Assembly: GCA_013239625.1 (NCBI GenBank)
Contig: MU055657.1
Coordinates: forward strand, 12,197,689 to 12,261,688
Reading direction: 5' to 3'
DNA length: 64,000 bases
Origin: Lama guanicoe
Lineage: Eukaryota
How positions within the stretch are numbered: the first letter of the stretch is position 1; each line of letters opens with the position of its first letter. The position numbers and the translations under genes were made by a program. Below, one piece after another: positions 27,103-37,612 of this stretch. Below the pieces are notes generated by a model. The model was not told the DNA's origin. It searched no databases and saw nothing but the letters and a program-made list of their open reading frames with translations.

Positions 27103-27254
27103 GGGAGAGCTGCCTTGATGTTTCTGAATCTTGGTAGTTTTCTCCTGGGTTAACTGTGAACTTCTCAGTATGTTGAGGGGGATCACATCTTTGAGTTTGT
27201 CTTCTCTCTTCTGTGTCTGAACCCTTTCAGGGCAGATAGAATGTCTCTGTACAA

Positions 27255-27380
27255 GGGGGGAGGGTATAGTTCGGTGGTAGACTGCATGCTTAGCATGCAG
27301 GAGGTGATGGGTTCTATCCCAGTACCTCCATTAAATAAATAATAATCGTAAATAAACCTATACCTCCCCAAAAAACAAAA
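27255..27380 (+). mobile_element. tRNA-derived camelid SINE (Vic-1 type), long-tail form
   Basis: GGGGAGGGTATAGTTCGGTGGTAGACTGCATGCTTAGCATGCA...; tail aaataaacctatacctcccc(A)n; TSD agaatgtctctgtaca / agaatgtctacagtaca. Confidence 0.9.
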
Positions 27381-27633
27381 AGAATGTCTACAGTACAGTC
27401 TATCTAAATTTAAATTTACATAAAGCTCAATAGAATCCTAGAGATTAACTTAACTATATTATTAATAGGTCATTTTTATAATAAAAATGAATTTAATACT
27501 GGTATAATTGAATTAATTAATATCATCAATAATATAGAATTATATTGGATTAATTAATAACATCACTAATATGGAATGTGTTTGTAAAAATACTGTGGGG
27601 ATACTTTGAAACTTATCTAAACTTTTTTTAAAG

Positions 27634-27693
27634 GAGTGAAGACCTTGATAATATTATCAAAGTGAATTCCAGAGAAAGTGAAAACACCACTGG
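27634..27693 (+). CDS. SCEL: SCEL repeat exon, SEDLDNIIKVNSRESENTT (60 nt)
   Basis: ttaaag|G...ACTGG|gtaaga. Confidence 0.93.
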
Positions 27694-27960
27694 GTAAGAC
27701 TTCTGAGTATCTTTAAATCTCATTTCTGTAAATGACAATAAGATAAAATGATTTGGCATTTTAATTTCACAAATATATTTTACTAACAAAGAACTGGATA
27801 ATAATGATGGGCCACATGATCTTCCCTCCTTGCTCCCAATAAAACTGCTTATTTTTGAAGAATTGTTCCAATGTTTAATAGTAAGTTGCCTTTTCTCTGA
27901 GATTTTGATTTAGTTTTAGGGATGAGGTCCTGAATTGAATTTCTTTGTATCTAAAGAAAG

Positions 27961-28017
27961 ACACAGTCTTGACAACATTTTAAAAGTGGATCTCCAAAAT
28001 GACAGAGATAGCCAGGA
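27961..28017 (+). CDS. SCEL: Candidate additional SCEL repeat exon, HSLDNILKVDLQNDRDSQ (57 nt via the distal AG)
   Basis: ctaaag aaag|A...CAGGA|gtgagg; in frame only from the second AG; the first AG gives 61 nt with an early TGA. Confidence 0.5.
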
Positions 28018-28863
28018 GTGAGGCTTGACTGAAACTCTCGAAAATCAACTTCTCAGAAGGCAGCAGGGGAGGGGCTGGGCAGGTACACACCCTGGGAGTA
28101 AGAATATTCCACCACTCCTCTGCCCCAGGGCTGGGTCCACATGGCAGCAGTGCCCAGTCGTGATACAACTGCCCTCCTCTACTGCCTTCTTTGGGTCCGG
28201 GTTATGCCTCTGTTGGTATTACACAGTGCATTTCAATGGGGGCAATATATATCTCCCTGAGAAGTGAGTCATTAACTTTCCTACCATGTAAGGTGTTTTT
28301 CTGTTGCTCCTTATAACTCACTATAATCTAATTATATTTTTAAAGGCCTGGATTGGGTGAATGGTTGAATTTATATGAAGACATATATTCTTCTTATCCT
28401 CATTTTTAATATTGTTAAACTACTATTATTCTTAACATTATTCTTATTATTTAAAAAGAAAATCAGCAAGTATATCTGATTTGTTAGATGGAAATTTATA
28501 TTCTATCTGGATCCAGGATAGAACTGTACCTACCTTACATCTCTTCAGTGCTACCCATCTGGGGTGTTCTGACAAGACGTGTCTCAGGGCCAAGCTGATT
28601 TTGTTAAATAGCAAGTTTCACATATACTTACGTGTTTAGAGAACAAAACAAAAATCATATGTTTCTTGTTGATAAATAAGGAGACATAAACGATCTTCAG
28701 CTCAAAATGTAAGAGAAGAATTTTCATTTGCATTTAGAGCTATAAAAATTACATTTGATGAAGAACTGGTATATTTACCACTTCTTAATTTTTCCAATCA
28801 TTGTTCACTTGATTAGTGTTTTATTTTAACGACATTCATTAAAACTCATTTCCTTATTCAAAG

Positions 28864-28923
28864 GAAACAAGATCTCAATGGGCTTATTAAAGTGAATCCT
28901 GAAACAAATAAAAATATCAAGAG
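28864..28923 (+). CDS. SCEL: SCEL repeat exon, KQDLNGLIKVNPETNKNIK (60 nt)
   Basis: tcaaag|G...AAGAG|gtaagt. Confidence 0.94.
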
Positions 28924-29294
28924 GTAAGTAATTTAAAGCTTTTTATTTTCCCTTTGACATTTATAAACACATTGGAATTCTGAGTGCTTATATTCAGGAA
29001 AGTAAATCGAAATTCAAACCAAATTGAGATCTTTTACCCCCAAATACACCATGTTAAGCAGTTCTATATGAGTGATACACTTGCATTTTTTTCTCTGGTG
29101 TTTACTATAAGGTAGATTTTGAGGAATTAAATGGGAATTTGATTACCCTTCTCTAGTGGGCTAAATGATTTATTTCTTTGTGTGTATGTTTGTGTAAGTG
29201 CATATGTGCATGTGTAAGTAGCATGTTATGTATAAATGTATGTGTGTATATGTTAGTGTGTATGTAGAAGTGTGCTGGTATAAGTGTATGTGTG

Positions 29295-29546
29295 TGTATT
29301 AATCAGGGTTCTCCAGAGAAACAGAAACAATAGAATACATATTTTTAGAGAAAAAGAGACTTATCATAAGGAATTAGCATGTGCCCTTTGGAGGCTGAGA
29401 AGTCCCAAGATCTATAGTTGGCAAGCCGGAGACCTCAGAGAGCCAGTAGTGTGGCTCCAGTCCAAGTTTGAAGACCTAGAAACCAAGAAAGCCCACGGTT
29501 AAATTCCAGTCCAAGGGCAAGAGAAGAATGACTCAGGTCAAGCAGT
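29295..29546 (-). mobile_element. MLT2-type (ERVL) LTR running into the second assembly gap
   Basis: tgtattaatcagggttctccagagaaacaga...ggaggctgagaagtcccaagatct...; embedded in a degenerate TG-rich tract. Confidence 0.8.
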
Positions 29547-29770
29547 NNNNNNNNNNNNNNNNNNNNNNNNNNNNNNNNNNNNNNNNNNNNNNNNNNNNNN
29601 NNNNNNNNNNNNNNNNNNNNNNNNNNNNNNNNNNNNNNNNNNNNNNNNNNNNNNNNNNNNNNNNNNNNNNNNNNNNNNNNNNNNNNNNNNNNNNNNNNNN
29701 NNNNNNNNNNNNNNNNNNNNNNNNNNNNNNNNNNNNNNNNNNNNNNNNNNNNNNNNNNNNNNNNNNNNNN
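29547..29770. other. Assembly gap (N run)
   Basis: N bases. Confidence 1.
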
Positions 29771-31677
29771 TATGTATAGGTAGTGTGTGTGTGTAAGTGT
29801 ACGTGTATTATGTATAACAAGTGTATGTCTGTGGTTGTGTCAGTAGTACATGTGGATATACATGGATGTGTTTATGTGAAAACTGCGTGTGTACATGTGT
29901 AGCACATTTGTGTGTAGCATGTGTATGTGTATGTCGTGTAGTGCACGTTTAAAGATGAAGAGCTTAACAAAGTGTTCTTTGTTAAAAGAATTGCCCTACC
30001 CATGACTTGTCAAGTAAATCTGGAAAGCTTATGTCCTCTTGCTTTTAATTTTTTAAAAAACAGATGGAACATATCTGAAACTGAGCTTCTCAGCATCTTG
30101 CTGAAAACAGCGTACCAGATAATTCCATGTGGTTCCTTTTGAACTCTGTTCCATTCAGTTCGCTCAGTACATTTTATTCTGAGTTGATTCTAAAATGTGT
30201 CACTGATGCCTTCGGGCCCACTCAGTGGAGCAGGGGCTCCTCTCACTGAAAGCTGGTGCGCACTGTCAGGCTCTCCTGTTCCCAGCGGCACAGTGTGGTT
30301 GCAGGCCCAGCCACCCAGTGAGTTAGAGTCTTGTGCAGTTCTGAGACAAAATCACTGTTGTCCTTGGCTACCCGGGTGTTCCAGGCAGGTAACCTGAGGC
30401 AGTGAATGTGAGTAGGGAGTCCGAAGGACCTGGGTTGAAATTCTGGCTCTGTCACTTGCTAGCTGTGTTCCCATGCTCCAATTTATGGTTTGGTTTGGTT
30501 TTTTGAGCACTCAAATCTGGAAACAGAATTCTGGGAGTTTTTTTTCTTAGTCACTGACATTCAAATTCCACATATTTTGTTTAGGCAAAAATCACCAAAA
30601 TCAACAAAAGGTATTCTGGGGTTAACAGTTTGATTATTTGCATGAAAAAGGTCCAAATTTTTTTTTTGAAAAAAGTCCAAAATTTTTATTGCTGCTTTTA
30701 GCATGGGTACCACATTCTCAGACATCTGGATACAAATAAAAACTTGAGTCAACATCCAGCTGTTCCAAATATCTATATCTTTGATGTTGCATAGACACAA
30801 TCTCAGAGATTTTGTGATTGTATCTTAGCAGGGCCACAGGGCATGGGAGTGCATGGTGTAAAAGTATCTTCTGTGGGCATTTTTTACCCACGTGGCACCC
30901 TCCATAGATCAGAAGAGCATTGGCTGGTATGGTGTATGTGGGAAAACACATGTAGAAGCTGTAGGAAAAACAAAATTCTATCAAGATCAGAAGCAGACAT
31001 ATTAGCAGGTAACCATCAAATACTGACGTGTTTGCAGTGACTACACAGAGTTTTATATCACAGGAAATATGGCTTACATTTCATAAGTATAGATTTTAAT
31101 CCTTCTATTGATTCTTGTCAACAACAACTAGTCAAACTTTGTAGTTTTAACACACAGAAGTACCAGAAACAGATACCAGATTTGTATATCATGGATTTGA
31201 ACAAGTTGGTGTATTTATCTTAATCCAGTGTCATAAACAGAAAATCTGCCAATGAATAACAATTTTGCAAAATATGGATTCTCCAAAGTTCAGAAGTCCT
31301 ACAGCATGTTGGAAGTTAATGTGCTGAGGATGTGCTTTCTGGAATGTTCCATGAAATGTGTATACAGACTCTTAGAAAGTGTTTAGTGCACCTGGCAAAG
31401 GCTAAAATTGTAGCATTAAATGAATCAAAATTAAGTCCTAGTTCAGCATTTGCTAGTGGTCTAATGGCTCCAGGAAGAAAATACTGTCTCGCTGAGTCTC
31501 AGTGAGTTTCAGAGATGTGTAAATCCCTACATGCTTCTGCATGGTCACCTTTAACAGCCTTCAACTCTTAAGCGTGATCTCAATGAGGGTTTAGGCTTTT
31601 TCAGAGTTTCAATGAATAGTCTTATCCACTTGGTGCTAATCTATCATTAACCTCATCATTTTTTCTATGTTTTAAAG

Positions 31678-31737
31678 GGGCCAGAGCCTTGACAATCTCA
31701 TCAAAGTGAGTCCTGAAGTAAACAGAGGTAACCCAGG
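31678..31737 (+). CDS. SCEL: SCEL repeat exon, GQSLDNLIKVSPEVNRGNP (60 nt)
   Basis: ttaaag|G...CCAGG|gtgagg. Confidence 0.94.
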
Positions 31738-32377
31738 GTGAGGATTATGTCTTATCTTCCTTCCCATCAAAATCTGCATTAATTTATGGCTCTCATTAGA
31801 GAAACTGTTTTGAAAAATCTGGATTGGAATCAGAAAGTCTGAACTCCATGACTTACCAGCTGGGTGCCTTTGAGCAAGTCCCTTGAACACTGAGCTGAGG
31901 CTTCTTTAGTTATAAAATGAGGCTCATAGTGTCTGTTCTATCTTTGTCATTTGATTTTCATAAGAATTAAGTGAAACAATGGATATAAAATCCCTTTAAA
32001 GCAAAAAGACACTACAAATGGAATTATTAACAAAACATAGTTTAGTTTTATCTACAGCATTAGATGGAATACTGAAAAGTGCCAGCCAGGTGAGAATTTT
32101 CAGCAACTAGTTCCTGAATTTATTTTTTTTTAACTCAGTCTTGCTCTGATTTAATGATTTTATTTTGAAGGTAAATGGGAAACTGAGCTAGTATACCAAT
32201 GATTTGTATGGAGGTCAAATTTTTTACTCTTTACATGAGGGCATAGACTGGGATTGATTTCTCTCAAAACTTAATAATAAAATTCATCTTGAGCACATGT
32301 ATCTTTAATTTAAAGTACTTACTTGACTTAATTCCATTTTCATTTATTATGTTTTTGTTTGTCTTTTTTGTTTAAAG

Positions 32378-32437
32378 TTCCAAAGACCTCGACAATCTCA
32401 TCAAAGCGAATCCAAGAACAGGAAACAACGGGCAAGG
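32378..32437 (+). CDS. SCEL: SCEL repeat exon, SKDLDNLIKANPRTGNNGQ (60 nt)
   Basis: ttaaag|T...CAAGG|gtaagg. Confidence 0.94.
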
Positions 32438-33077
32438 GTAAGGCAATACGCATCTCTTTTTTTGTTTCACGTTAACCAATGCGTAAAAACATAATCTAAT
32501 CATCGTTTCAGCAGACAGACGCTGCTAGAGTGCCAATGTATCAATGGTAGTTCAAGAAGAGCCATGAAGCCTCCATGACCTCATATGTAAAATGTTTAAG
32601 GTTTTGGTCAGTTAATTTCAAATATAACGGAGGTCACTCTGATTCATGCAGTGCACAGTTCTTTTCCCAGGATGGTTGGGACACTTACTCATTGATTTGT
32701 TTATTTTTCTTAAGTAGATGGATGGCATAGGGGAGAGGAAAGGGAATCAGACCAGAGTCCAGAGATGTGGGTCCTGGCCTGGCTCTGCCCTCACTAACTG
32801 TGTGAAGTGGGCCTGGCTACTCCCCATGTTTGGACTTCAGTTTTCTCACTCTCACAGTGAAGAAATTGGCCCGTGTGCTCCCTGGTCACTTCCAATGTCA
32901 GTTCAGCCACTATGTTCCAATAAGGTGGTTGGTGTTATGGAAAGTGCACACATTCTGGACTTAAGATTATTCAGCTTTAAATTCCTCCATGGCCACTACT
33001 AGACATGTGGGAAAAACTTAAATCTTCATGTGTCTCAGTTTTTCCCTTTGTGAAAATGGGATGATAATACTTCCTGC

Positions 33078-33406
33078 TGTTGACCTGAAACAGACTGCCA
33101 GATACTTCTCCTGCCCAGCATTTATTCAGGATCAGCAGAGAATTGCCATTTGCGATCTGCAACCATTACAAGCCACATGCAAGTCCCTGAAGGGCAAGGG
33201 AAGAACACTTTTATAGAGGACAAGGAAGTTGGGAGGGGATAGAAAACAAAGAGTCCACAGGGTTTTCAATGGCTGAGTCCTGGCAGGGGAGAAGAGGAGC
33301 CTGTCTTCCTTTTGGGCTCCGCTATCATGGCAGCAAGTGAGAGCTCCCCCTGCTGGTCTCCTAACTCTATTTCATTGTGGTTTCTGTTTTATTAATTTTT
33401 TTTACA
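33078..33406 (-). mobile_element. Solo ERV LTR (ERV1-like) inserted into a MIR
   Basis: TG...CA ends, minus-strand AATAAA (~33121) and TATAAAA (~33208), degenerate 4-bp TSD ctgc/ctat; MIR sequence resumes on both sides. Confidence 0.7.
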
Positions 33407-33720
33407 CTATTTCATAAATTGATGTGAGGATTAAATTATGTAAATCATGTAAATCACTTAGAACAGTGCCTGGCACATCATGAGGCTTCTAAAACCATTG
33501 ATTATTATTTATTATTTTTATGCAGTTATAGTTATATCCAAATATATATGTTCAGAGTCAAAACTGAAAAAAACTCCAACCCTTTGAGATGATCTCTATT
33601 TTAATAAATATTTTATAGTTAAATATTTTTAGAATAAAATGTTTCTCAGTTTTAATAAACATCTGCAACCAGTTGCTATAAACTGACCATTGATTTGATC
33701 ATTTCTTCAATGTTTTAAAG

Positions 33721-33780
33721 GGGCCAAAGTCTTGACAGCCTCATCAAAGTGGCTCCTGAAACAAACAGAACTAACCAAGG
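33721..33780 (+). CDS. SCEL: SCEL repeat exon, GQSLDSLIKVAPETNRTNQ (60 nt)
   Basis: ttaaag|G...CAAGG|gtgaga. Confidence 0.94.
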
Positions 33781-34213
33781 GTGAGATTTATGGAACTCTT
33801 CTGTTTCTCCATTCTTTTCTATTCAGCTCAAATAATTGTGATGAAATTCATTGTCTCACCACAGAGACAGCCAATAATGGGACCCCAAATCAACAGCTCT
33901 GTGTCAGAAACCTTGTGTTAAAGGCCTTATTCAGGGCTCCTGGTTGTGAATATTAGTGGAGGAATTCTTTAAAATATGGGAGTCATCTCTTATCAGTGTG
34001 GGATATGTGTTCCATGCTTGGGATTTCCCCAGAAAGAATCAAAATTTTCCATGAGATGAAACATCTTCCCCCAACAACTTCCCAGAGATAAGCAACCAAG
34101 AGGTCTTTATGTAAAGAAAAATCTTCCTTCATCCTTCGTTTTTACCCTGTCCTCTTACTGTTTATACTCAAACAATTCCTAAAGTTGGGAGGTCATTTTT
34201 AAAAATTATACTT

Positions 34214-34305
34214 GGTGGGGGTGAGTATAGATCAGTGGTAGAACGTATGCTTAGCATGCACAAGGTCCTGGGTTCGATTCCCATGTCCTCCATTAAAAAA
34301 TAAAA
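34214..34305 (+). mobile_element. tRNA-derived camelid SINE
   Basis: Same tRNA-like head, A-rich tail, TSD taaaaattatact. Confidence 0.88.
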
Positions 34306-34589
34306 TAAAAATTATACTCAGTTCATTGAAATAATAAAGAATACAAAGAGTGACATTTGTCTTTTATAGAGAGAATTTTCTTTAAGGCACATGATTTTGT
34401 GTAAACAAAGAGATATAACAAAACCGTAAGTCTATTAAACATATATTGTTATGCTAGTTTGAACATGAATTAAATGCAAAAGATGCCAAAGTATATGTCT
34501 TCTTTGTGACAGATTTTCTATCTTACTTTATACATAGGAATTTTATTTTTACAGTAGGTAGCTAGTATATAAAGTTTATTAGCCTCGAT

Positions 34590-34796
34590 CAGGAGTCAGA
34601 AACTTCTGCTTAAAGGCTAGAGAGTAAATATTTCAGGCTAGGGTCGCTGAAATAGTCTCTATTTTAACTAGTCAACTAGCTACCATAGATAATACATTGT
34701 AAGTGAATGGGCATGATTGTGTTCCAATAAAATTTTATTTATAAAACCAGCCTATAGACTGGGTTTAGCTTGAGGGTCATAGATTGCTGACTCCTG
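34590..34796. mobile_element. MER58-like hAT-Charlie MITE
   Basis: Inverted ends caggagtcag...ctgactcctg; internal tgtgttccaataaaattttatttataaaa. Confidence 0.7.
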
Positions 34797-36116
34797 GACT
34801 AAGCAGTATTTCACCTGAGTGGGTGAAAAGGATCAACTCTGAACATACTTAGGGTGGCCTTCGAAGCACAGCCTCCCTTGTGTATATTGTTTCATTTGCT
34901 TTATGTTTAGACCACAGATTTCACCATTCTTTTATCTGAATATTTAGTGCTAAATCATCTTAGATTTTGTTTACTAAATAAGAACAAAACATTATTGTCA
35001 CTGTCTGAGGGTCAGATACTGAATCCAGAGACCATGTAATACTTTGCATTGCAGATTAAGATTCAGTGAAAGACAGGTATCCCTTGTCCCTCTTCCAAGA
35101 TGACTTAGTTTGTAAAGGTGAAATTGGCCTTGATGATATGACCCTTCCCCTGTAGTGTGTGAGCCTCTGTTTTAGTACCCACACTCTGCCATGTAATGCG
35201 TTAGGTCACATATCCATCTCTTCCCCTTAGCAGTGAAAAGTTTGTGTTCAGAGAACATTATTAGCTATGCAGTCTTGTACAAATCATTTAACCTCCCTTA
35301 AACCTCATCTTCTTTATCTGTAAAGTGGGGATTGTAAAAGTTACCTTCTTCATGAATTTTCTAGGAAGATTAGGTGAGGACACACTTCTGAAGCACTTAA
35401 TCGCTCAAGTACTTATTAGACATTATCTGTGGATATTATTATTACTGTTACTGTTTTTCTTCATCCTTGGGCCCCCATTGTACCACTTAGTGCTTAACTC
35501 AAAGAAGATACCAAAGAAATTATCCTATTAAGTTGAACAATGTAAAATTTTTAACATTCAACCATTTTTGACCCACAAAACGACAATTTCACATCATTCA
35601 GCGTAATAGACTGCAGTAATTTATGTGGAGGGGTATGTACATGACAAAATTAGTTTATAGGTTAATCCTAAAGGTTAGTTAAGTGATGTAAGCCTTTCTG
35701 TCTTTTTTCTCTTGAGGATATACTACGAATTGTCCAATAAGAAGGTACATCAAATTAGGCGTCTTGTTCAGGCTTTTTGCTATTAGAGTTGGTATGAAGA
35801 CCCAGTGTGATAACAGAAATGTCCTTTTAAAGCTATTATTGCCTACTTACGTATTTAAGATAAAAGAAAAGAAAGTTACATAATCTAAAGTCTTCCTTGT
35901 TCTGATTTAGCATTGCATGAAGCTGATTCTAAATTAATATATCAATGTAGCCTCAATGTTAAATATTCATATTATGTGTATTCCGCCATACCTTAGAATC
36001 AGGAAATAAACCCTTAAAAAAAAAAAGTCCCAGGCTTTTGTTTTGTTTTGTCTTGTCTTGAGGGAAGGGAAACAAGGAATACATGGAAATGATGAACAAT
36101 TTAAATTTTTCTCTTT

Positions 36117-36226
36117 AAAAAATTTTTTTCTTAAACCTTTTTTTAAATGGAGGTCCTGGTTATTGAACCCAGGACCTTGTGCATATACTAAGAATGTGCT
36201 CTACCATTGAGCTATAACCCACCCCC
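36117..36226 (-). mobile_element. tRNA-derived camelid SINE
   Basis: aatggaggtcctggttattgaacccaggacc...gctctaccattgagctata; flanking repeat aatttttctctt. Confidence 0.85.
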
Positions 36227-36566
36227 TTTAATTTTTCTCTTGTTCATTGCAACCTTCAAAAATATTCTAAATGCTCATTCTAGTACAAAATGTAATATGG
36301 AAAATAAAGAGTTTAAGAGCAATTTAAATTTGAGGTTGTCTTGAAAGAAATCAAGAATAAAACTAAATTAAATTCTCATATATACATTGTGTAAGAAGTG
36401 AATTGATAGTAACCACCTGCTTTTACAGAGGGCTAAAAAGAGAAGTAATGATGAAGTTTTGAATTAGCAACAATCCCTTAATTCAATCTTAAAATAGAAA
36501 CGAGGTACAAATTATAATCAATTTTCTTGATTTTTATAAGCTATTGAAACTTACAACATTTTTTAG

Positions 36567-36617
36567 GAACCAAGACCTGGACAATCTTATCAAAGTGATT
36601 CCCTCAGCAAATAAAAG
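36567..36617 (+). CDS. SCEL: SCEL repeat exon, NQDLDNLIKVIPSANK (51 nt)
   Basis: ttttag|G...AAAAG|gtaagc. Confidence 0.94.
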
Positions 36618-37549
36618 GTAAGCTTATTGAGATTATTGGAAGCTCATGAGTAAGTCTTCAATTTATGCCCCCAAATATGATTAGTTATTTGACTAAGGAC
36701 ATTTGAAAGGAGACATGAAAAAAAAAATGAGAACAGATTGATTTGTTGATGTGTAATAATGCTAGATAGATTTTTCTGTTATTGTTGCTTCAATTTATTA
36801 CATTACAATATTGTTTACATTGTAATATTGAAGCAAAATATTGAAGTATAATGACTGAGAAATTCATTTAACACAGTAATAGCATAAGTAGATTATTACT
36901 GTGAATTTATAGTTAATAAATTGTAAGTTCATAAAACTGAATAAACCAAAGAATATTGACTTTCTTCTCTTTCACAAACCCAAGGATTGATTTTTAAATG
37001 ACTTCAGAAAACTGGCAACATAACATTCTTATATGTGATTAGAATATTTTTGCATGACTTTGAATATACTCCTATCTTCTTGAGAAGTTAAGACCCATTA
37101 TTCACTGGAGCAGAAGTTAAGAAAAGTATGACAGCGTAACTCCAAGCTACCTCTTGAAATTATTGTGATGGTAATGTTTGTGAAAAGCATTGTGCAAATG
37201 TAAGGAATTACTGCAAACAGAGAGAGGAAGGATGTTAGCGGGAAGGAGCTTGCGGTTTGGGATCCAGTTGCTATAGTCCCAATCCTGGTTCACCCGCAGT
37301 CATTTCTTAGGTATCTGGCCCAAGGAGGGTCTTAACTTCCTTGAAACTCAATTTATTCATAAACAGAGAATGGTAATATTTAACTCATGTAGTTGTTTTG
37401 AGGTTTTAAAAAAGATAACTAACGTACATATAGTAGAAACTCAGTAAATGTATCACTTTTTGTGTAGGATTCTGTCCAAAGAAAAACTGCCAGTCATAAA
37501 ATTTACTGATTTCCAACTGAATTTGACTTTTTATTTTATTTTGATTCAG

Positions 37550-37612
37550 CAGTGAACAAGGTCTTGATAGACTTATTAATGTAAGCCTCAAAGCTGTCAA
37601 AGACACGACTGG
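37550..37612 (+). CDS. SCEL: SCEL repeat exon, SEQGLDRLINVSLKAVKDTT (63 nt; NAGNAG alternative start at 37553)
   Basis: attcag|CAG...ACTGG|gtaaga. Confidence 0.92.

Noticed and set aside
36785-36836. Imperfect AT-rich hairpin (another small one at 61158-61186)
   Set aside because: Short and low complexity; expected by chance in 64 kb.
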